From positions 1,974,576-2,038,575 of the forward strand of contig JAAOMT010000664.1 of NCBI GenBank assembly GCA_016748015.1: 64,000 bases of DNA, in the 5' to 3' direction. Position 1 is the stretch's first letter; every line of letters starts with the position of its first letter. Shown here piece by piece: positions 52,001-64,000 of this stretch. Source of the stretch: Geosiphon pyriformis uo1 (lineage: Eukaryota; Fungi; Glomeromycota). A model generated the notes under the pieces. It was not told where the DNA came from and ran no database searches. It was given only the letters and a program-made list of their open reading frames with translations. Position numbers and translations under genes: made by a program.

Positions 52001-52976
52001 GAGATTATGTTACCAGTAGAATTTTAGCTATTAATTAGCATAAAGTTACTCTTATAATTCCTATTATTAATTAGTATATATTATTATTATTTCAATTATT
52101 ACTTATTATTTAATCAAAATATCAAATATCATTATTCAATTAATAATCTAATTTGTATCATAGAAATTAAGATAATAAAATTACACAATATCTTAAACCA
52201 TTTAATATTCAAAAATTCGGCAAAATTAGCAGAAATTGGCCGAAATAATTAATAGTTTGTAGAAATAACTTGTAGTTTACTGAAATATATCTTTAGTTTA
52301 CCAAAATTATAGCAAAAAAAAAAGTGCAAGTTTAAAGACTAGTACTATAACAAGTTGTATAAAAAAAGCTTTTTTCTTTAAAAAAATGTATTTTACCATA
52401 GTATTTTACCCTTTAGATATCTTAATTAGAAACAAATTATCTCTTACACATTTTTACAAAATAAAAATAAAAATTAAATATTCAAAAACCAAATCCTTAA
52501 CTATTACACTTGAAATTCTCTCAGAACAACTAACATTTTAAAATTGATTAGCTACCAATTTCAGTAATTTGTTAGTAACTTCAGGCCTGAATAGAAAACG
52601 TTTCTCTTGTTAGAATTCTATTTCTTTTACTTTTCTTTTATTTTTTTTTACTTTTTTTATTATAATTATTAAGGTAGCTTACAGACAAAATTTCTGTAGA
52701 AGAGTTAACTTTTACAGCAAAGTAACTACACATTTTTAGTAAGCTTTTAGATAAGCAATTCCTAAGAAAAAGTTGATATTTACTATAACATAACTACACA
52801 AAACAACTGGCACAGAATTAACCATTCCACTTATAAGCCCAGCAGTTCAAATTATAAGAGATAATTTGAAGATAAATTCAGTTATTGGAGGTTTAACTAC
52901 TTCCAAAAAAACATAAATTCACAACCAACAGGCATTAACAACATTTAAGAAAAGAGACCAAAAACTTCTAATAATA
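43090..52976 (+). mobile_element. Full-length Gypsy-like copy D (family 2, more decayed than B)
   Basis: 969-bp LTRs 43090-44058 and 52008-52976; ORF1 44105-49721 (dUTPase ~47480-47880), integrase 49779-51146, ORF3 51331-52027; colinear with B; no matching TSD. Confidence 0.94.
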
Positions 52977-53224
52977 CCAGAACTGAATTTTAAATATTTT
53001 TTTTACTTCTATTGCTACTGCTATATATACATAGTTGGTATTATACAAAATTTCTGAAATTCTGCAATTTTTTTAAAGGAATTCTGGAATTCTGTGATTT
53101 CTTATGAAAAATTCTGGAATCTTGCAATTTCTTTAGAAAAATTCTGGAATTTTTCTGTTATTATATTTATTTCTAATTGGCTATTTTTCTAACTATATAC
53201 TACTTCTACTTTTTATAAGTAATA
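52977..53224 (-). repeat. Truncated family-1 LTR (5'-most ~250 bp), inverted
   Basis: Matches ~29800-30093 including AATTCTGGAAT repeats and the terminal GTAATA. Confidence 0.75.
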
Positions 53225-53899
53225 CTACTAATATCATATAATTAATTACTTTATTTTTAGATAGTAATTATTAATCACTTTTAATAGTTATATAAATAAT
53301 AACTTTTTTAGCTATAAAAATATATAATTAAAGTAATAAAATAAAATTCACTATTAATTACTTTTTTTTATATTATTTATTTACTTTTCTCTATCTTTAA
53401 GTATCTAAACATCTTGAAATAAAAAATTATTTGTTGGTATTTACATATCTATTTTTTTTTTGATTTGTATTGTTAGATTAATCTTAAAAGTAATTGCTTG
53501 CTCTTGTAATTTATTGAATAAAAAAACGATTAAAAAACACAACAATATTATTATTAATTTTAAAAATCATTAAGTTAAAGCATAAAATAATAGCAGTAGT
53601 GTTATTTTATTGACAATTATAAATTATTTCTCTATTTTCAGATTTTCAAAAAAGATTAGCAACTGTAATTTCTATAAGACTAGTTATGTATATTAAATTT
53701 ATATATATTTAATTTGCTCTTTTATTGTAATTTTTCTTTAATTATTTTTATTATTTTACAACTTTGTTTTTATTTGCTATCTGTTAGCTTATTACTTTAA
53801 TTTGTAACAATATTTTAATCTTAAGTAAACTATTTTTAAGTAATATTAACCAACAAAATTATAAGTTTTTTGCATATTTTATAGAACCAATAAAAACTT

Positions 53900-54805
53900 A
53901 TAATTTTTTTTTAGTGTATTTTTTTTTATTGAATTAATAGCAAAAATTAATAATTAAGTTATAATATTTTTTATAATTAAAAAACTATTATCACAAAAAA
54001 TATTAAATCTGTTATAAGCCAAAAAAATTTTATTAAAAAAAATCTTAAAAAAACTTTTTTTTATTTATATATCTTAAAAATTATTAATATTTAAACTTTT
54101 TTAAGACTAAAAAACTGATTTACTTATTAAATAAAAATTCAAAAAATTCAAAATTATTTTTAAAATTTATTAATAATATTAAACAAGTTAGCAGTCTTTT
54201 TAAACAAGTCTTTAATTATATTCAATATTTTCTTATATTTAATAATTTTTATAATATTAAAAAAGATTTTATTATCAATATAAGTTAAAAACATATACTA
54301 ATAATATTATATAACAAAAATATTATTTAAAACTAATTACTTTTTTGTTTAATTTTTTATAATTTTATTAATATTAGCTTTTTTTTAACAACTAAATAAT
54401 TTAAAACCTGTAAAATAGATATTTCAAAATGTTTTTGATAGTATGTTTTTTATTAATAGTAAAATCATCTATTTAATAAATAATAACAAATTAAATTTTG
54501 GATTTTTCAGTCTAATAAAATTTAATAAGCTTAAATACATAATAAAATTTTCTTATATTAGATAAAACAAATCTAATATTATTAAAACTAATATTTAAAT
54601 TCAACAAAATTCAAATCTTTAAAGTTTTTACAATATTAAAAAAAATTCACTAATCTATTAAAAAACAAATTTATTATTAAATTTTAAATATAATACTTTA
54701 ACAATTTTAAAATCAGAATTTTTAACTTATAAAACCTAAAAAATATTTTAATAAAAACATTATTATATTTTTTATGCCATATATTTTTTTTTATTAAAAC
54801 ATTTA
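53900..54805 (-). mobile_element. AT-eroded LINE ORF2 fragment
   Basis: Minus strand ~54160-54230 reads IIKDLFKKTANLFNIINKF*K, consistent with a decayed LP..KAAGLSGIxNELWK motif upstream of RT. Confidence 0.5.
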
Positions 54806-54809
54806 ATAA

Positions 54810-55639
54810 TGTTATAGATAATTATTTGAGTCTCAAAGCAAATAACAAACCCATAACTTGGTGCTCAATTGATAGTTGATGTTGGCAATTTCTGAAGGTG
54901 TGGTGTCTGAAGGTTTTAATTAAGTTCTTTGTATAATAAACAGAGATTCAATTGATAGTTTTATCCATAGCTTTCCGAAACTGCAGTTTCATCAATTTTT
55001 TTCTCAACATGATGGCTGGTAATCCTTCTGGTAAGATATCCTCAATTCAAAGTGTCTACCTTTATTCCTGGGTTTTTTACCAGTGCTATATTCTGATGTC
55101 AGTACCTCCATATGTAAATCCTTTTAATTAAGTTAACAAACAACAGAGAAAATAAAGCAAGAAAAAAAAATAAAAAAAATAAGAAAAATAAGCCAAGGCA
55201 ATTTGCACATTAGTATCTCATTAATAGCCATGATCAAGAGCTATTGTTCTAATGTGGTTAAGTATCAATTATTATCAACATAAAGTATTGATAGTAAAGA
55301 ATAAATTTGAGATAGTGAATAATTATTTATTAATATTTGCAATATAGAAGGTTGCTTAAATCAAATCTAAACTGAGAGGTCTTGAGAATTCTAATAATTA
55401 TGACTTGCAAGTCTAATTGACTCTAAGAGTCCTATTAACTCTGGAAGTCTAATTTTCTAGCTTTTAATACTACTACTATATATACCTAATTTATGTTCTA
55501 TGAAATTGCTCACATTCTCAAGCAATGTGCTATAATTTCTTGAGCAATGCTCACATTGCTGAGCAATATGCTTACATGCTAACTACTACTCTCTTATTGG
55601 TCTATTATTTTTCTATATCTGTTTTCTTTATGAGTAATA
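54810..55639 (-). repeat. Solo LTR (family 1), inverted
   Basis: TGTTATAG...GAGTAATA, reverse complement of the A LTR; TSD ATAA/ATAA (54806-54809, 55640-55643); sits at a LINE 3' tail. Confidence 0.9.
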
Positions 55640-55643
55640 ATAA

Positions 55644-57460
55644 GCACAGTCTAATTACTATCTAAAGATATAAAATCAGACAAGATTCTTAGTTAAGTAT
55701 GGCTTATGCACTTTCTATATATAACCAGCTACTCAAGCCAATTAAGATGATATTATACACCTAAATTGTCTATCAAAAAAATATCATGCAAAAAACCAAA
55801 ACCTAATCTAAATAGACAATAACATAAACCAAAGCAAACATGAATACCCAATCTAACACCAAAACTGTAATATAAATCAGAAGACCACAAGAACAACAAA
55901 CCAGATACCAAAAGAACAACAGAATTATCATAAAGCAAAAAATTGTGTTTTTTATAGAAAGATCTAAGCTTAGCCACTGGCAGCCAAATATTATGCCTGT
56001 AACTTTTAGCAAGACCCCAAATCAATTTAATGACTACTGCTTTATTATTAGATTTAGCACCCAAATATTGTACAGTATTAATTATCCAACTTTTTAACAC
56101 AAAACTTTTAGCTAGTGTTGTATATAAATTAATTAACTATTTAGTTTTATTTAGAGACAAAAAAATCACACTACCATTGGCAAAAGTACTACATAGCTTA
56201 TTTTATTTTAACAATATGTCCAACAATAAATTTTTTTTAGTACCACTATTATATATATATAAGAATATATGATTAAAATTCTTTATTTTTTCATATTAGA
56301 TGCAAGCCACATTAGGATACTTGGAATTATACAACTTTTTTCTCTTAGCCATAAGCAATTAATAGTGCAAGATTTTTATAAGATAAAACTGAAGCATAGC
56401 TAAAAATATGTTGGTGTAATCAGAGTGAACTTTGCCATTAGAATGCCAAACACTAAAAGTTTTGATTATATCAAAACTATTATTAATATCTATACCCATA
56501 ATGTTGTCAACATATCTGAATTCTTATCTAATAAAGTCAACTGTCTTAAACAAACTTTTGACAAAATAATGAGCATTTCTAAAGACAGATCTGTTTTTAA
56601 CATTAAGAAAATAATATGGTATACTAAGAGATAGTATGAAACTAAAAACAGTTACAGTATTGGCATAAAAATTGGCATGCTTATTTCTAACAATGTCAAA
56701 ATAATTTTTAACTTTTTTCTATGTAACCAGTAATCCATTTTTTGAAATAATTTGGTGAATATGCTTCTTCTTAATCCAACACTTACTGTAAAAATTGAAA
56801 CCAAGTACACTCAAGCCAAAGTTACATATATTCAAAAACACTTAGCTGTCTATAAATAAGATAACAGAACTGGAAACAAATATACAATCCAATGCAAGAA
56901 CAATAGTCTGTAGTTCCACTAAAATTGAAAACAGCAAACCATTTATTTTGACTTCAACACTAATATTAATAGCTGAGAAATAGACAGCAATACTACTACA
57001 AATACTTATTAAATCCAAATTTTTGATAGAACTATCTGTGTAAATTTTTACAGATCCTGATTTGAAACTTAGCAAATAAACATAAACATAACCAAGATTA
57101 CAAAAGAAGTTAACAGAAGTAATACAAGAAAAAAGCATCACATTACTAGCCAAACTGTCATTTCTAATAAACTCTATTAATAATTTGAATCAAACAGGAA
57201 CTAGATCTCTAAGATCCAGTTTCTTCTACCTATAAAAAGTGTTCTATATAAAGCATATGTTATAATGATTTAAAATTTGGTTTACAAATATTATGCTGTA
57301 TTTTTTAAGAGAACCAACCATATTTAAATAACTATTTAAACTCAGTATGTTCAAAACTACAACACTATTTCTAGCCAGAAAAACATCAAACAGAATATTA
57401 CTTAAAAACAGATTGCACAAAGCTAAAACACATATTGTATCTGTTAGAAAGCAAATGTTA
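55644..57460 (-). mobile_element. LINE 3' portion with RNase H domain
   Basis: ORF 56842-57153 (-): VKIYTDSS...LVELQTIVLAL..VILFIDS (RNase H D/E/D pattern); downstream RHNIWLP; conserved 3' end. Confidence 0.8.
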
Positions 57461-58793
57461 TAATTTAATAAATATTTTATTAATTAAAAAATATACAATT
57501 TTTTAAATAAAATTTTTTTAATAAAATTTTTTTAATTATTTGAGCAGTAAATAAAAAAAATTAATAAAAAATAATACAACATATTATTAAAAATTTTGAA
57601 ATTTTTTATAATAATAATAATTATATTAAAATTAATTTTAAACAAAAAAAACTTTTATTTAAAGTCAAAAAAAGTGCTTTTTAATAATTAAAAACTGTTT
57701 TATATTTATAATACTTAAAAAAAATATTATTTATGTTTTTTTTATATATAATTAATTATTTAAATTAATTAAAACTATATTATATATTTATAATATAAAT
57801 TTTTTTAATAAACTTACAAAATTTGTCTAAAATTAATTACAAATCAGTAATACTGCCAAAATTAATAAACTAATTTTAAATAAAATTTATATTATAAACA
57901 AAATTTCATAAATTAAATCTTATTAAATTATATATATTAATTAAATTTGAATTAATAATAATAATTAAATTTTTTTTTATATTTAATTTCTAACTTAAAA
58001 GTTAGCAACCAAATATTTATTTTACAATATATAATAAAACTCTAAACAAGATTTACAATACATAAACCAACTTTAATTGTATTTTTAAATATTAAAAGTA
58101 ATTCAAAAACCCAATTCTTAAAAATAAGTCTCTAATATTAAGCATATATACATAATTATTAACAGCAATATTATAAAACAATTAAAAAACAGAGATATTT
58201 ACAAGTATTTTATCTGTTAAAACAATGCATTTATTGAATTTTTATATTTTATATAGTATTTTTAACAAAAATATAAACAATATTAATAAATAACTATAAA
58301 TAAATTATTTTTATATTTTAAAAATAAAATAAAAGGCTTGATAATTAATAAAACAATAGTTTAAATATATTAATTATGTATTGTTATTTATTTAAAAAAC
58401 AATAGCATATATATATAAAAGTAATTTTAATTTTTTGGAAAAATAATAAATACTTTTTAATAAAATTTATTTTTTAATAAATATTTGTATTTAATTATAA
58501 ATCTTAATTTTATGATTTGAAATATTAATTTCTAATTTTCAATTAATAAAATTTTATATTTAAACATTATTTTCAAATACAAACACTCAAACATTTATAA
58601 AAATTAAGCAATTACATAATTTTGATATGTAAATTTTTTCCAAGAAAATAAACTCGTAAATAAATAAATAAAACAGATATTCAAATATAAAACAAACACC
58701 ATTTTAAAATGTGATTTAAATACATATTTGCTTATTCAGAAATTTCATTTTTTTGCCTGCCTATTATATATATAAAATTCAATTGCCACGAGA

Positions 58794-60362
58794 ATGGCGA
58801 GTCAATTTTCAAAAGAATGTCTTTCCAACATGTTTGAGTTTTGCGACGAAAAAACTTTATATTATTGTCTTTTTGTGAATCATGAGTGGTTGGTTGCTGC
58901 CGTCCCTACATTATGGGCAGACCCGTTTGGTGAATGCCTCTCACCCTTTGATGAGGATGAGGAGGTGGAACGCTTTGAGCGAAAGTCAATATTTCTCATT
59001 AGAACTTATGTATCATGTTTATCCGAGAACATAAGGGTATCTTTGTTTGGAGAAAACTCCAAAAACACCATGCCTACATCGATCAAACCAATGTTTGATT
59101 ATGGGTCATTCCTTCAAAATCTCGATTACTATCAACTCTATAACTTGGTTGGGCTTTGGTTAGAAGAAACACAAATGGGTCTTGGGGCTCAAAAGAGCAA
59201 TACTTCAAAATGTGATTTGCAGAACAGGTTGCAAACCAAAGTTACTCGAGAACTTTGTAGGTTGTTTGTGGCCCAATCAATCGGAATTAAGCAACTTCGT
59301 TTACATACCAAGCTACGAGGACCATTTGGCTTCGAGTCAGCCCCGGCAATTGTGTTTACCGAATTTCCTGGTGCTGTGAAGGCGTTTGATCAACTGGAAT
59401 ATCTTCAATGCATAGTAGAAAAAAATTTCTCCGAAGTTTTCGGTGGATTAGCAAACATCTGTCATAATATTCGCGATGTGGAGGTCATAGAATATAGGCA
59501 AGACAATCAGGATTTCGCGAATCTTATCGGTGCACAAAAAAGGTTGACTGGTTTGGATTTTTTTAGCGGAATCTCTCAAACCCCTCTTATCACTCAGTCA
59601 CTTGGGGTGAAGGCACATTCACTTCTGGAACTAAGGCTTACTGGTAATCACTCCATCCCCCTCAACATATTTAATACCTCCCAGAGTTTATATTCGCTGG
59701 AACTGGTGGGCGATTATAAGATTGCTGATTTTAGAAAGTTGTCAGAATCATCGTTTAAATGTCTGCATTCATTATCACTTTCTCTTGAAAATATGCATAT
59801 CAAGGAATTAAAAACCATTTTGAGAAATACTCATGGGAATCTAAAAGATATTGACATTACCTGGAATTTACCTCTTAGCCCAAAAGTTTGTGAACAAGTT
59901 ATTGAGGCAATTCGACACTTTTGTCCAGGAGCTTTGTCCCTTGAATTGTCTTTGGAGCAGGAAGCCATGAAAAAAATCCCATCTCTCCTGAAATCTTTGA
60001 CTTCTCTCGAATCACTGACTATTATAGGAAAGTATGAAGAAGAAAACATGGGCTTCAAATTCAATGATCTTTTAGCCGAAGTTGGGGACAATCTCCCTTG
60101 CTCACTACACGTACTTGACTTAAGTGAAAGTTGCTGGATTATAGACGGTCCTGAATTAGAAAATTTCCTTACTCAATGTGAAGTTAAATTGAATGTTCCT
60201 TTATATTTAGAACTTTCTCATATGACTGATGAAATTCTAGAGATTGGCAGACGCTATCAAAAAAAAGGTATCCTAAGGGAGAACGAGTGCATGAAAACTT
60301 ACATTCCCAATCAAGGTATCAGAATAGAAATTGGGGATCTTGCTCCATTTACTGAAGAATGA
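58794..60362 (+). CDS. F-box/RNI-like leucine-rich-repeat protein, intronless, 522 aa
   Basis: N-terminal F-box-like FSKECLSNMFEF..LYYCLFVNHEW..AVPTLWADPF, PMFDYGSFLQNLDY, then LxxLxL repeats; uninterrupted ORF. Confidence 0.88.
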   Translation: MASQFSKECLSNMFEFCDEKTLYYCLFVNHEWLVAAVPTLWADPFGECLSPFDEDEEVERFERKSIFLIRTYVSCLSENIRVSLFGENSKNTMPTSIKPMFDYGSFLQNLDYYQLYNLVGLWLEETQMGLGAQKSNTSKCDLQNRLQTKVTRELCRLFVAQSIGIKQLRLHTKLRGPFGFESAPAIVFTEFPGAVKAFDQLEYLQCIVEKNFSEVFGGLANICHNIRDVEVIEYRQDNQDFANLIGAQKRLTGLDFFSGISQTPLITQSLGVKAHSLLELRLTGNHSIPLNIFNTSQSLYSLELVGDYKIADFRKLSESSFKCLHSLSLSLENMHIKELKTILRNTHGNLKDIDITWNLPLSPKVCEQVIEAIRHFCPGALSLELSLEQEAMKKIPSLLKSLTSLESLTIIGKYEEENMGFKFNDLLAEVGDNLPCSLHVLDLSESCWIIDGPELENFLTQCEVKLNVPLYLELSHMTDEILEIGRRYQKKGILRENECMKTYIPNQGIRIEIGDLAPFTEE

Positions 60363-60769
60363 AAGACACTTATTTAGAGATTGATTGCATACGTCACGCG
60401 TCATTTAGAGTTCATCATCGTTGGCAATCCTTAAGAGGCATGAAAACCCGACTGCATCTCAGAGTAAAGCATAACTGGATAATTTTCCAAAATATCTTTC
60501 ATTTCATCCTTATGTACTCCCTTTTGCATTTTCTCAATATAGAACTCAAAATTATAAAATAAATGTTCTGGGAAGACTTTTATTGGATATGAATCTAAAC
60601 TCAACAACAAATCTTAGCTTGCATTTACTCTTCAAAATTTCTAATTTTCATGTAATATTTATAAAAAACTTCTATTTGAAACTCTCGTTGAATGAAACCC
60701 CCAAAATGTTTGCGGGATTTACTAGTGGCAAGAAATTTTAAATCGATCATAATTTCTATTATGAAGCCG

Positions 60770-62552
60770 CTAATTCCTTGCTCCCTTACCATCTCGACTC
60801 CCATGACTAGAATGATGATGGTGGGGATGATGATGACGTCTTTCAGCTGATCTTGATGAGGTGGAGGAAGACGATGTAGCAGGTGGCCTAGATAGAGCGG
60901 GTACATCCCACTTACTTGTGCGCTTTTTACCTAGGGCCATTTGTTCAATGGAGCATATAAAATAATCGAGCTGAAATGTTGAACTGAAACAAAAGTGACG
61001 TAAAAACCCGACACTCATTGAAAGCTTTCTCACCGGAAGGAAGAGATCCAGAAGCTAATGAATTTGTGACAGCAGGAATAACCATGGTGCTCTTTTCAGC
61101 ACGAGCTGCCAAACTTTGCATCACATGTCGACTTTTCGAAATGCTTACAGAGTTGGTAGCAGATGAGCCAGGTACAAATTGTATCTGTGTACGTTGTTGC
61201 AGTTGCTGTGCAGCTGAGCGTTCTTCTGCTATCCTCTTCTGAGTTTCGGCTAAAAAAAAGTAAAGGACTTGAATATTTTTTATTTTAAGAAAATCTACGA
61301 ATTAGCAACATAATTACCTAATTTATCAGCATACATTTCTCTCGGAAAGCCATACGGGTCAAATACATTCTTTGGAAAGTTGGAACCAATCTCGTCTAGT
61401 TCAACAAATTCTACCAATTTGGAATAGATATGCGGGTTACGAAATGCTTTGTTTTTCAAAAGATTTTCGTTGAAATGTACGCCCTTTTCTTTTAATTCGT
61501 GAAAGTGTGAAATTTTGGCCTTTCCCCAAAATCACGTCGCGACAAAGTTCCCCTGTTAGTATCAAAAACAAAAATTAAAAATTCGAACTTAGAAACAAAA
61601 ACTCAAATACAGTACCTGCAGAGCCGGATCACATTCTTTTTCGGGTTCCGAAGGTATACCCCAGTTTTCTAAACCAAGAATAGGTTTAGGGCGCAAAAGC
61701 TGTCGCATAAGCGTTTGTTCCCTTAATTCTTTGTGAGATTGATCCAAATCCATCTCTATAATATCCGTCGATTCCATAAGATTTGGTAAAGTTCCAGATG
61801 AATCAGATACTTTCAAAGATGAATAATTGGGGTGTCCCCCTGAAGAAATGTTTGCTTGTGGTGATAGAAATGAGTTATTATAATCCTCCAGAGGAACGTA
61901 TGTTGGCGTTTGTACTGATAAATGGGGTTCCGGTTTGGGGGTGTTAGTATTATAATTGCTTTCATGATTTCGTCGACGGACAAGATTGGAAAAATCGTGA
62001 GGGGATGGTGAATTTGGTTTAGTGTGTGTAGTAGCTGCTGGTACCAGCCTCATAGGGGATATTTGATTTTGCTCCAAATCTGAAATAAATATTCCCAATT
62101 ATTTAGCTAATAGTAAGACTCCACAGAACAGAATATATATCTAGATCACCTGCTACGCGATTTAAGGAAACAAGAGACTTAGATGAACTCTATTAAGAAT
62201 CAAATCGGAAAACACTTGTCAACCAACAGACTCTGTTCCTAACCATGCCAAAGTCAATAATCAAAAAGTGCCTTCAAAAAACCATACTACGTTTTTTGTG
62301 TTTAAATTTCCAGTGTCTTCATCCTGAACTTGTAGTGTAAGACCATGTGTAGTTGAGAGCACTAACGGAAATGATCAAGATCTTTGACGTAAAAAAGCTT
62401 AAAATCAATTCGTGGAAACAAGAAAGATAAACTTTACCGGCCATGTCGTTAGGGTTAAGGGTCTTTGTTTCAAGGGTTGAATTTTCACAGCTAATCTCTT
62501 GCGCTTCCTCTTCCTCCTCGTCGTAATAACTAAGACCTAATAAATTATTCAT
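60770..62552 (-). CDS. SAP30-binding protein (HCNGP family), multi-exon
   Basis: MNNLLGLSYYDEEEEE start; WGIPSEPEKECDPALQ|AKISHFHELKEKGVHFNENLLKNKAFRNPHIYSKLVEFVELDEIGSNFPKNVFDP (HCNGP core, ~61318-61690); C-terminal KKRTSKWD. Confidence 0.9.
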
Positions 62553-63109
62553 AATGAAAACTTGAGAAGTTGATTTTGTGATTTAAGAAGTCGCAGATTT
62601 TGACTTTACAATGCGGAAATAGTACAGGGGACCTGGCGATGGATTTTTCATAATTAATGATTTTTTTTATTTTTGAGCCTAAAATTATCAAAATATTATA
62701 TGTATTGTAAACATATAGCTTATACATCTTAATATAAATTTTGAGTACTACTTAATTAATATATAAAATAATATTTCAATAAAGCCATAACTTAAATATT
62801 TTATTCTAAAACACAATATTAATTTTTGTTTACATATTTGTATTAATTTTTTTATATAAAAATATTTAGAACAAAAAGTAAATTAATTGTAATCTTAATT
62901 GTTTTTACTGGTTTTAATATTTAAAAAAAATTTTAAAAGTAAAAACAGCTAAATAATATTTTTTTTTAAGTGTTTTTTAAGTAATATAAATTTAAAATAA
63001 TTTTTAACTACTATTAAAACACTATTTTTAACTTTAATAAAAGTTTTTTTATTTAAATTTTTTTTTAAATAACCAATTAAAATTAATACTAGTATAATTA
63101 TTATTATTA

Positions 63110-64000
63110 TTTTTTTTTATTAATTTAATAAGTGCAGCCTAACCACTATCTAGTATACAGAAAAAAAGCAAAATAAATCAAACTAAACTTGGTTTATGTG
63201 CTTTCTACACATGACCAACCACTCAAGCCAATTAAGGCAACACTATACACTCACAAAAACTTTATTATCATTATTCAAATCTGAAAAAAACAAACACCAT
63301 TTTCTAGAACCAAAATTAACAACAAAAGACTTGATTATACCAAGCATGCGAACCATATCTTCAGAAAACAGACTGGGCAAACCATGTAGAGAAGCAAAAA
63401 TCCCATCTGTGTCACAAACCAAACTACTTTTTTCTGTGTCAACCCAAAATTTAGATCTTAATAACCATGTTCTACTATAATGACTCTTAGCCAAACAGCA
63501 GACAAACTTGATGACAATTGAAATGGCATTCTTTCTATTACCAAAGATAGCAATAACTTCCCTAATCCAATCTATGAAAATAAAATCTTTGCACAACTTG
63601 TGTACACACTGTCATTTGAGGTCTTTGCAAGAGTAAAGAGCACCAAAGACAAAACCAGGAGACAATTGTTTACCAAGGATTTCCACAAGTCCATGTAGTT
63701 GGAAATAACCTTAAAATGCACCATTTTATCAGCAGAGCACATAAAAGCATGGTCAAAAATTCAATATCACCACACATTAGGCACAAAACACTCAGGTAGC
63801 ACTTGTTATACAATCTCTTTCAGATGGCTACTGGCAATCTCTTATGCACAGTTTTTATTAAATAAGTATGTAAGGCAGCTAACTTTCTACTAGTAAACTC
63901 TGTCAACATATGAGAGTCAAAATGCCAAACAAAGGCAATACACTCCCAATTAACACATCAGATGTCCAAACTGTCCAAAACATTAGCACTAGGCCCAGTC
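63110..64000 (-). mobile_element. LINE 3' end (least decayed copy), continues beyond window
   Basis: Minus strand LHKRLPVAI*KRLYNKCYLSVLCLMCGDIEFFDHAFMC (CCHC finger), ORF 63243-63596, 3' UTR and A-rich tail near 63110-63130. Confidence 0.82.

Noticed and set aside
1-64000. tRNA, rRNA or other structured RNA genes
   Set aside because: None recognised by eye; only tRNA-complementary PBS motifs. A covariance-model scan was not possible.

Overview
AT-rich eukaryotic DNA, probably from a Glomeromycotina-type fungus (inferred from gene and repeat style, not verified). Most of the window is nested, decayed transposable elements. Four Gypsy/Metaviridae-like LTR retroelements fall into two families: A (1-17017) and C (17018-32280); B (4789-14577, nested in the integrase of A) and D (43090-52976). 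All share an unusual three-ORF plan: ORF1 = Gag-protease-Cys-rich domain-dUTPase-RT-RNase H ending in a stop; ORF2 = stand-alone integrase; ORF3 = unknown non-env protein. Termini are TGTTAC...GTAACA and the scorable TSDs are 4 bp. Also present: a non-autonomous LTR element with a 140-bp interior, two solo LTRs, a pogo/Tigger DNA transposon with cargo, and several RNase H-type LINE remnants, some eroded to roughly 10% GC. Repeats show near-exclusive C>T/G>A decay (RIP/methylation-like), while two CpG-retaining host-gene islands are spared: (i) a 5-exon gene with a BRCT-like domain resembling the N-terminus of the animal meiotic telomere protein TERB2, convergent with a Ybp1/glomulin-family gene; (ii) an intronless F-box/LRR gene convergent with a SAP30BP/HCNGP gene. 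One assembly gap lies at 12840-12904.
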